DNA from: Psammoneis japonica | Taxonomy: Eukaryota | Length of the DNA: 35,920 nt | Direction: 5' to 3' | Assembly (NCBI GenBank): GCA_008632985.1 | Contig: QPGO01000379.1 | Span: 1-35,920 of the forward strand | Part shown: one piece after another, positions 23,301 through 32,946 of the stretch | Position numbering within the stretch: position 1 is the stretch's first letter | Layout: each line of letters starts with the position of its first letter | Program-made: the position numbers and the translations under genes | The notes under the pieces: model-generated | Told to the model about the DNA's origin: nothing | The model's database searches: none | Seen by the model: the letters and a program-made list of their open reading frames with translations, nothing else

Positions 23301-23556
23301 GGGTTGGAAAGGGGCAGGCCGAGAAAGAAAAGGAGGCTTGGATTTGAGGCCGATTCGAACCAGCAACCTCAGGAAGCGCAAAGACTCACAACCACTCAGA
23401 GTGCTGCACACTGCTGCCGGCACCTGACGAGTGCGGGCGGTTCTCAACAACCCAAGAGGCAAGAAATTGCCACTCGGCCAATTGTTGAGTCCCTTCTCTG
23501 CACACACATTTGGGCATGTGTTGTGCACAGCATCATCACACAGCATTTGTCCAACT
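20322..23556 (-). mobile_element. Tandem TRIM-like non-autonomous LTR retroelement: 4 LTRs and 3 internal segments
   Basis: LTRs at 20322-20476, 22560-22722, 22981-23135 and 23394-23556 (155/163/155/163 bp). 5-bp TSD GTGCA at 20317-20321 and 23557-23561. On the minus strand a PPT (GAGAGGGAG) precedes the LTRs and a PBS-like GGT(TG/CA)TGAGTC follows them. Confidence 0.85.
20578..22384. mobile_element. 1.8-kb TIR DNA element (non-autonomous; GG termini with 8-bp TSD, Merlin/IS1595- or MULE-like) nested in the TRIM
   Basis: 28-bp TIRs ggcacatgtccggtcacgtaggtggctc (20578-20605) and gagccacctacgcagctggacgattgcc (22357-22384) match at 21/28. TSD is ATGGGTCA (20570-20577) / ATGGGTTA (22385-22392). 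Removing the element restores a full TRIM unit. Confidence 0.85.
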
Positions 23557-23639
23557 GTGCAAACAGGATTGCAGTTTGTTGAGTCGTCAGCGATTTTGTG
23601 ATGCTGGTCAATTGTCGTGTGTGGTGTCTCACCCTGGAA

Positions 23640-23735
23640 TGGCTTTTGTGCAACTGCGTTGGCTCATGTGCAACAATTTTTGACTGTCATTGTGTGTTTG
23701 GTCTGTTTGGTTGTCCCCGCCCTTGCAGCTGTGAG
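23640..23735 (+). repeat. Dispersed direct repeat of ~16890-16985
   Basis: ggctcatgtgcaacaatttttgactgtcattgtgtgtttggtctgtttggttgt vs ggctcttgtgcaacaattttggactgttgcagtgtgtttgatctgtttggttgt. Confidence 0.75.
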
Positions 23736-24091
23736 CCAGAGCTCGAAGCTGTTGTTGGGTGGCTTGAAAGCGAGGAGACAAGACGTGGAGCTCTTCTGAG
23801 GCGTGTGGCTTCCACTTGCATTCCAGTCCAGTCATGTGCCATGCAACATAAGCAAGGAATGTTCAGCTCTACCACATGGCAGCTCATCGCAATGTTCTGC
23901 CTGCAGCTCTGCTTTGGCTGTTCACATGGCCGGGAGGATGTCGCGATGCGCCATGCTTTGCGACGCACATGCAGACGTGCGCGTTTTATCCCTTGCGATT
24001 TTTTTTGCGGGCGGACGACGGCGGACGCGCAATGACGAGACGACATACAGACATACAGCAACATACAATAGGAAATAAAACGAGCGAAACC

Positions 24092-27000
24092 ATGATGGAA
24101 GGCGACGGCAACGGTGTAAGAAGTACGTCTATGTCTACAGAATACAGTACAGTGTTTCAGCATAAGCATAAGTTATCCTATGAGATGAAACAGTCAGGGC
24201 GCAAAAGTATTCCGTCGTTGTTTGCGTTCAAGTTTGTCATTGCTCTGCTTGCCTGTTGGTTGCTGCCATCCAATCTCCTTGTTGTGACGGCCAAGAAGGT
24301 ATCAGTTCCTCCTTCTGAAAAGGATCCGGTTCACTTGACACTTATCAATGACAGTCCCTGTATGCTGGAAGTGTTTTGGGTGAATCCCGCCAATGGCGAC
24401 ACGACAAAAATGAGCTCTCCTCGGTTGGAGCCCGGAGGTTCGTTGCCTCTGAATTCCTACGAGGGACACAAGTTTGAAGTACACAATGTGCTGAGCAAAT
24501 GCTGTGGCTCGACAAAGGATAACTGTAATCGAATGAATAGCTTTGTCATGACGTCTCAACCGAAACAAGTGATGCGTGTCAAGGATGGACTCGAGTTTGT
24601 TCTGGAAGAAGGCCATGACGGCGGAGATGGCTCTACTCTAGTTCGAAAGACGGAAGCCAATGGTCTGACACGGCATGCCAGGACAAATCAAAGGACTTTG
24701 GTGAACTTACATGACTTGGATCTGGAGGCGAATAAAGAATTAGACTTGGGAGTGGACGATCCAGCAGAGGCTGCGAGACAAGTCATGAACCGCATTGGAG
24801 CCACTGTGAGTTAGTCAATGCCTCTTTTATGTTGTGTACAAGCTGCAACATTGCTGTTTTCTCTCACATATTACTACTTTTTCGTTTTCTAGTTGCACAA
24901 GCGAATGACTAAGGTGTTTGAAAAGGCTAAGACAAGGGAGTGTCGCGCATTGATTGGTGAGCACTTTGGATATTTTGTCAATGCTCTTGGGACGGAACAC
25001 AGCATTCCATTTGCCGACGTTTCGTTTGAAAACCAATGCAATGAAACCAAATATGACCTTGATAACTTGCCGGAAGGCATGCATTTTGGGCATATTCAAA
25101 ACAGAACATACCAGCCACCGCGAGATGAGGCTGAATACATTGACGACCCGGCCAACCTCAAGCTGTGCTATGCTGTATTGACGCACGACGATGCGGCTGC
25201 GACTATTCGATTGATTGAAGCACTGTACGAAGAGGGCCACGTGTTTGTTGTGCATGTGGATGGCAAGGAGAGCAGTGATGAGGTACAAGAGACACTTACA
25301 AAGTACGCCGCTTCGAGGGATCATGTTCACGTTTTGCAGCAACCATATCGAGTGCGAGTCAACTGGGGCGGATTTTCTATGGTGAATGCCACCTTACAAG
25401 CTTTTAAATACGCTTTTGCAGTTGATCAGGCGCATTCGGAGCCACTTGATTTCCACAAGATGGTACACATTGCGGCATCATCGTATCCAATCGCATCTAA
25501 TACTGAGATTCGGAGGCGCATTGCGTCATACCCTCTCGATGCCAATATGATGAACGTAATTATGAAACCGAGCAAGATCCACCCGCACAATTGGCATTAC
25601 TTTGTAGAATGCGATGACGCCGTGCATAGAATCTATCGGCTCGAGCCCATGACTGAGAAACAGGGAAGCATTGATCTCTACACATCCAGTCAGTGGTTCA
25701 TTTTTAGTCGAGAGTTTACTAAGTACATTGCCGAGGCACGCCCGGGGACCCTAGTCCACGACTATCTCGAGTACGTTCAGCATGTCGTCGTTGCGGATGA
25801 GACCTTTTTCGGTACTGTTTTGAGGAATACTCCATTCTGTCACAAGCACCACAACACGAACTTTTTGCATCTTCAATTCGACAGGTAAGTTTCGTGGCAC
25901 TTCCGTGAACGAAGGCTTTTTTAGAATTGCCTCACGCTTTCCCTGTTCTCCTTTGTCAGGTGGGAAAGTGAGTTGGAGCAAGGGAAGCGAGATGAAAGGA
26001 AATGCCTTATGCCTTCACCAGACCATTGCGGGAGATCACCAACGACAATGACAGTGGACTACATTGATGTTTTGGAGCTCTCGGAAGACCTCTTTGCACG
26101 AAAGTTCTCTGATTCAGCCGACTCAAAAATCAAGGACTATCTTGACATACATCGAGCAAAAGAAGAAGAACAACTGAAATCGGGAACAGATCTACCTTTG
26201 AATGTGAAGGGACCGGAGAGTGGCTTCACAGAGCACGGCGTGATGATCTTGGCCAAAGAAACGGTACAGAACGACAAGCCCCTATGCCTTGGACTCGGAG
26301 ACACCGGAAACAAGGTAGGAACAGGCCTCTACGTGTTTCCTTTATTTGGCTTTTTGCTTTTGGCTGATTTGCCTTGCGCTTTTTTCTACAGCTTCGACTT
26401 GTGCCTTGCTTTCACTCCTGGGTACCAAACACACTTGCGCCAGGCTGGGAAACTGGTGCCGTCATTGAAGAAGAAACACTGCTGCATAATCGCTGGGAGA
26501 TTGGTCCGTGTAGTTCGGATGGATCTCTTGAACGAACGTGAGTCTTGAATGCATGTGTCCTGTTATGGGTTCTCGTAGTCTTTCTTAAATCTATCTTTTT
26601 TCCTTCTTTGTCATAGCCCAACTGGTGAAATGAATATGACCGAGGGAATCTTTAGCCCAATAGGACCACGGTGTATGCTCAAGCAGGTGGATGGAATGCG
26701 TGCTGGCAGGTGCTTGGACGGCGAATCAGAGCGGACACAACCTGGAGGTGACTTGCAAGTCTTCCCGTGCATTCGACGTTGGCATCAATTTGTATCGTTC
26801 GGCAACGGTAACATTACGCCTGCCGGAAGTATGCACACCACAATCCCACGGTACATTGTGAAGAGGATAGTAGAAAGCGGGAAAGATCAGGAACCGTACT
26901 TGTGCCTTGGGGTGCATGGCAGGGGAGACCGTGACGAGGAAGAGTGGGAAGAAGACAAAAAGAAGAACCTAGGAAATAAAAAGTCGAAACCCGTGACAAC

Positions 27001-27184
27001 AAAGGCCGCGGACGAGTTGCCACCCCTAAGCGAATGGGAGGGGGAGCAAGTCGTGACAACGAGGTGTTCTAACGTCGATGCGGTGATAGAATGGTTGTAT
27101 GTGCCGTATATTTTGGAGGAGGAAGACATCGAGGAAAGCCCCAGCGATGCAACGAGCACAGTAGACGAGGACAAGGAGCTCTGA
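24092..27184 (+). CDS. GT14 family glycosyltransferase (core-2/I-branching enzyme / xylosyltransferase-like) with an N-terminal VHL-beta-like domain and possible C-terminal ricin-type lectin repeats
   Basis: CYAVLTH, FVVHVDGK, VNWGGFSMVNATL, SYPI, SSQWFIFSREF, ADETFFGTVLRN and LFARKF. Hydrophobic signal/anchor, and C-terminus ends DKEL. Introns at ~24807-24891, 25885-25959, 26314-26391 and 26538-26616. Confidence 0.88.
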
Positions 27185-27307
27185 TTATTTGGGAGCCTTT
27201 CTCCCTGTTTGCAAATAGTAAAACGGAGAAAGGTAGCAACTGTAAACTATCTAGAGTAAACACTGCTGGTATCAATTGTATTTGAACCACTCAAAAGACA
27301 GCAACCC

Positions 27308-29294
27308 TTACCGAAGTGAGCGAGCGCCCGCTTTTTTCATCCACGCACCGACGATTTGAAAGTTAGAGTCTCCGACTCGGCAGTGGCCGTCTAAAAACTC
27401 ATCACTCAGTTGTGCACAACCCCAAATGTGAACTTTGGTCAAGTTTGGTGTCTTGGATACGAGATATCCCATTCCTTTATCGGTAACGTTTGGGCAAAAG
27501 CTGACATCCAACTCTTTTAACGACGAGGCCGAAGAGGCGGCCAAGCACTCCATTGTATCGTCTGTGCATGATGACCCGTTGATGCCAACATGCACAAGTC
27601 CACCTATCGAGGACACTGCTCCGCTTTGCGCCCTTGCACCGTTGCGGTTCCCTGAAGACGCCTTTGAAACGAGATCCATGACTTGATCAGTAACGGCATC
27701 AAAGGCGCATCCTGTCAAATGCAAGGTTCGAAGCTATGGGAAACGAAACGAAAGTCAGAACATCAAACGAATGAAAGACTGGGAGCTGTGGCTATATAGT
27801 ACTCTAGGTCTTACCATTGGTGGACTCGGTAAGCCAGAGATGCCGTGAGTAAAGAGAGCCTCAAGACCCGCAGCCGTAAGGTTCTTGAGCCCGCAGAGGT
27901 GCAGACTTCTGAGTCCACCGCTTTCGTTGGAGCGCCGAATACCAGAAAGGATCTCGTCAGTAAGACTGTAGTTGTCGCTGAAATCGATTGCTTCCAGATT
28001 GTCTCCTACAGAGTCTAGAATCTTTAAGACAACTTCGTCGTCGACCACCGGGATTTGCCTTAAACCCAGACTTTTTAGATTCCGTAACGCGTCTGACGAG
28101 CATAATCCAATGAGACTCTCTTTGGCAAGAACCAAGTCTTCCAGATTTAGTTCCAACAGGCAATTGTTGCTGGGCGATGCAAAACTCTGGTTAAGAGCAT
28201 TGCAAAAGCTGCTTCCAAGAAGAGGACACGCCTTGAACTCCAAAGAGGAGAGGCTCGACGCTGTAGCAGAGATGAAGGATGCTGCATCATCATCTTTTAG
28301 CAAGTAAGCTCCTCCAATAGATACCGCATAAAGCATGGACTGTTCTTTCGAGAGAGAAACGATTTCCTTGACAGCTTTTGGGCCAAAACATCGCCCAGAG
28401 TGGTTGAGCACCAGAAAACGCAATCCTGCAGGAATAAGAGACTTTAGAGAGCTAGTAAGCAGTTCTTGACTGATTTCTGAGCAGTCGATCAACTCTAATG
28501 TCTGAAAACAAGAACGGGGGTGGCAGTATGAATGAATGTGAGGAAAAGAACACATAGCAACATCTTCAAGTGCAGAAGCATCGTACCTCGATACCAGCTT
28601 CGGCGATTGCTTGGAACGCAGCAGCATCCAACTTGTTCTTAGCTACCAATTCCTTACATACTGCTCTGCGGATCGCGCTGTCGACATTTCCCAGTGCCTC
28701 AACGTACTCGAAATTCTTCACCACAAAATCAAGACAAATCTTGAACAACGAAGGGATCTTGTCGAGATCCCGAGATTGCGCTTGCTGTCTCTTTTGCCTC
28801 TTTGAATAGAGATTCGCAGAAACGTCATGATCGTCTGAAAACTTTGCACGCCACTGAAGTGACGGATGAGCCTTGCGTTTCTTCTCCAGTTCGACTTGCA
28901 TCATAACGTCGTCCAGAGGATGATGAGGCTCATTTTTCTCCTCTTGCTCTTCCTCCCGCTGACGCCGCGCTTCTTCTCGCTTGGCAATCATTTGACGTGC
29001 CACGCTAAAAGGACCACACCATTCTGTCTCTTCGTTGTTTGTCTCTTCGGATGCCGAAATCTTGGCGTGGTATCCAAACGGTGTACTAGCCACGGCACTC
29101 TTTTTACGAGAAGCGTGAGAAAGTTTGGTGGTTCCCGCTCGTTTCTCTGGACGAGCTAAACGAGACGCCTCGCGTTCCGCCACGGCACGGTTACGCTCAC
29201 GCATAGCAGCGGGTAGCCTCGCCCTCTCGTCATCGTCTTCGTCGCTACCATTGTCGGCGGCAAGTCTTGAGCGGGTGCTGCGACGACGAGCCAT
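27308..29294 (-). CDS. Rad7/Rhp7-like leucine-rich-repeat protein
   Basis: WCGPFSVA and IPSLFKICLDFVVKNFEYVEALGNV, followed by cysteine-containing LRRs (LDVSFCPNVTD, VHIWGCAQLSD). Introns at ~28503-28586 and ~27734-27814. Confidence 0.78.
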
Positions 29295-29623
29295 GGTCGT
29301 TCGTTGTGAGCGCGGCGCAAGAGAAAAATGCGCGCAAAAATCTTCTGCCCGGACGAAGACGGACGGAAGTATTTCTAAGATGCGATCGTAGAGTAGAGAG
29401 TATGTAGAGAGTCGTCTAGCTACTCTCTCTAGCTCTAGCTAGAGTAGCAGTAGGTAGAAGTTGGGGAGAGTAGCTCTCAATTGAACTGCAAACAATGTCC
29501 GAGACGTGGGTGCGATCTCAGGAACGCTCTGCTTCGAGCAATAAATGGTAATTGCGAAGACTTTGGGGGGAGAAACAACAAGGGAGGGAGCACAAGAAAA
29601 CTTATTAAAATCAAAACTTCACA

Positions 29624-31187
29624 TTACACGCGCTCTTTTACAATTAGAGGCATGCCCTCTTTGGGCTTGAGTAACACGTGATCCATAAAATCCATATGGT
29701 TCTTTGTTTCTTCGTCTCCAATCGCGGGCGGAAGAATAAATTCGAATTTGGTTGCCGCCATGAGCAAAAACACGTGGGCTTCCAGCAACGAAAGGGCCTT
29801 ACCGGGGCACACGTGTGTCCCCGTGTTGAAGGTATTGTTAAAGAATTGTTCTTGATCGGGAGGGCGGCTCAGATTGACCTTGTCGCCGCCCTCTTGCCTA
29901 TTCAATACCATATTGGTAAAGAGCACTTGCGTGCCCTTTGGCAATCCATAGACATCACCTTGACGCGTCGTCACAGTCAGGTCTTGCAAGACTGCGCCCG
30001 GCAAGGTGGGAACCAAGGGATAGAGTCGAATACACTCGGCAAAAAAGAGCCGTGCCGTTGGCGCTTGGTCCAATGCGTCTTGAATATCGTCCGCGGACTC
30101 GCTATCCAACAAGTTCCAGACCGCCTTGCCCTCCTTGGCAATTTGATTGGCAATCTCTGGATGCGTTGCCAAGAGCCCAAAGGCAAACGACAGTCCATGT
30201 GCGGTAGTCTCAAAGCCTGCCAGGACAAAGACCCGAGCGTCGGCCAACAAGGAATCCATTCCTCCCGCCCGAAAGCGTGGTTCAGTGGATAGCAGCGAGG
30301 CCATGGCTGAACCCGGCATTCGATTGATCTTTTCTGGTGGTGGCTGACTATCAATCTCTTGAATGATTTGATTTAATTCAGGTTGGATAACATCGTCCAC
30401 GGCCTTCCAAGCAGCATCTCGACGGCGAACTATGGCATAACACTTGGTCCAAGGTAGATACCGTAAGAGGAAATGGAACGGATTCATGGCACAATGAAAT
30501 ACCACTTCGAGCATGGTTTGTGCGCTGTCTCGAAAAACTTGTGGATCAAATTCATGGATCGTCCAAACATGAAGAAGAGAATCACGTCAACCACAATTTG
30601 TGTGGTAATCAAATCGACTTGCACAGGCTCTTGTGTCTCTGACGCCTTGAGGAGCCGATCGCACAAGACGTGACTGGTTTGCACCAATTGAGGCAAGAGG
30701 CCGCGCTCTGAATCTCCCATGCGCCTCTTGTGAAACTCTTTCAGAAGAGCCGTCTTGCGCCATTTCCATCCTCTCCCATGGGCATTCCCGTGAGGGACGC
30801 CCCTTCTCCCTGTCTTGTGGCCCATGCCACTTTCTCATCGCGAGACGTAAAGGTGCGAGCCGACTGTTCAGCCACTAAGAGTTGTTTGGCAACAGCCACG
30901 TCGCCAACAAGACAAATGTTTGGCAGTGCAGCAGTAAAGGGGGAGAAAATAGTGTAGACATTTCCATATTGTTGCGCCCAAGGAATTTGATTCCGAGCAA
31001 GACGGCAGCTTTGAGCTTCCTTTCCAAACACGGACAGAGACGGTCCAGCAGGAGGAAGCGGAGGCAGGGTTTTGTTTTTCTTCTTTCTGACGCTATTGCT
31101 ATCGGCGAATACGAAACGATAAAGAAGCAACGAGCCCAGCGATAGACCTGCTCCGGTAAAGAGGAGTTCCAATGACGTAACTACCAT
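29624..31187 (-). CDS. Cytochrome P450 (two frameshifts, near 30810 and 30500)
   Basis: N-terminal anchor with a proline-rich hinge, I-helix FVLAGFETTAH, ExxR (ECIRLYP) and heme motif FNTGTHVCPG, split over three frames. Confidence 0.88.
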
Positions 31188-31587
31188 GGTTTCTCGTTTC
31201 TCTCGTTGATAGCGCTGGCACTGGCAGGTTCATCAGAATTTCAGATTTTCTCGATTTTCTTGTGATGTTTGAAGATTTTGGATCTTTGATTTTTGGAAAT
31301 TCAATATCCAAATATTTCGTATAAGGCTATTTATATATTCATTGAACTGGTCTTATTTTAAAATGTGGATATCATTTTAACTTACCTATATGTTATAAAT
31401 TTCACTGAGAATGTCCGTGCCGTTATCTGATCATTTGACATGACTGACTGATGACTGCCACCTGCCACCTGCCACATACGGTATCATGTTCAACGCTTCC
31501 AAAGGCAGGGCGAGTGTCCGAGTTTGGGTGTTGAAGTCGCAAAGCCGTCGTCCATGGCACCTTGTTATTGCAGTGTAGGATTCTAAC

Positions 31588-32865
31588 ATGGGATGTTGCA
31601 AAAGCTGTATGTTGGATTGTAAAGTCTGGGTCCAGTGAGTTATCTCGAGGGTGATTCTCATCAATCACGTGATTTTCACGAGTAGATCTCACACAATTTT
31701 TTTATGTTGTCCCGTGATGTCGCTTGCGTTCACTGTAGAGTTTTAATTTTGACCACAGCCATTGCTGCTCTAGTGCTGAGTATTTTGGCATTACTAACGT
31801 GCGAATTTACTACGTTCAGCCTGGAACCGGCTAATGACGATAACTTTGAGTTTGGGGGCAGAAATGTGACGTCTGGGAACTTGGGTCTCTTCAAAATTGA
31901 ATGGGAAGGCGAAAGCTGCAGAAACATGAATGATGAAGAAAAAGATGATCTTAGCTGGCAGATGACGACGGGTCGAATCGGGATTGCCATTGGGAACGCA
32001 TTGGGGCTTGCCGGGCTGCTCTTGTTGCTGATAGAGTTTACGTGCTGTCGATTCAAGGGCGCTCGTTGTGCAGAATGCACACTGTTCTTCTTTGCTGCGG
32101 TCGGTATATCTCTTACCGGATTCTTGTTTGCAAGTGATTTTTGGTGAGTACTGGATCTTGTGGTCCGATATTATCAGACGTGCTGTTTTATGTCTACAGT
32201 ATGGAACAAGTACCGTATGCTTTGCTCATCATCAAGTTTATGATATGCTCGCTTACTACCGTAGTCAAAACCCGGGAGAATCCCTCGGAAAGGGCTCGTA
32301 TCCTTGCGATTTTGAAATTGGAGCTGCCTATGCCGTTGCGTCTTGCGCATGCTATCTTGTTGTAAGTCTCTTTCTTTGTGTTATACCGAAACCAGAGCCT
32401 ATGTTTGTTCGTGCGAAAAAGGAGAAGAACAAAAAGATCGAGGAAGAACCTGAGGAAAAAGAAAAACAAGGGTTCTTTGCCTTTTTATTTTTCTGGCGTC
32501 GAGATAAGGATGATGATGAAGAAGAGGCGGAAGAAGATGAAGAAAACGCTGAAGCAAATGAGGAGGGCGACTCGGTGCCGTCAAATTACCACGATAGTGT
32601 CGCAGAAACGGACGAAATACCAGAGGCAGTCGTGGTGGCTGCTCCTGTGGACGTAGAGCGACGTGTATCAAAAATTCCTGAGGAAGAAGAGTTGAACGTT
32701 AGCGAACAAAGTCGCACCAGTTTTTCCTTTTGGCCGGCAAAAGCGGAGACTGAGCCAGTAGGGAGAGATCCGCAGGACTCTTTGACAAAAGACATGTTTT
32801 TCGACGCAGGAGGGGACGAAAATGAATTACAGAGTCAAGGGAATTTGACGGCGGAGATCTACTAA
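31588..32865 (+). CDS. Multi-pass membrane protein with acidic tail; paralog of 6000-7232
   Basis: Exons 31588-31634, 31739-32143 and 32265-32865 join in frame. Intron positions and phases match the paralog, and C-terminal motifs are shared. Confidence 0.8.
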
Positions 32866-32946
32866 GAGAAAGTCGTCATTACTTCATAAAATATGTGTGT
32901 ACACTTATAAGTCACTGATTAAAAATGCATGCCTTCAGAATCGCTT

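Noticed and set aside
22385..23556. CRISPR array or tRNA genes
   Set aside because: Units are ~420 bp with no unique spacers, and the T-loop-like motifs lack a cloverleaf.
14227..24035. The many 60-250 aa Cys/His/Gln-rich ORFs as real genes
   Set aside because: They are a by-product of losing TAA/TAG stops in TA-free DNA. They overlap in all six frames and show no domains apart from the hAT remnants.
14240..24050. Classical fungal RIP, plain CpG decay or an alternative genetic code as the explanation
   Set aside because: RIP raises TpA, CpG decay does not consume TpA, and the depletion is frame-independent and includes non-coding DNA.
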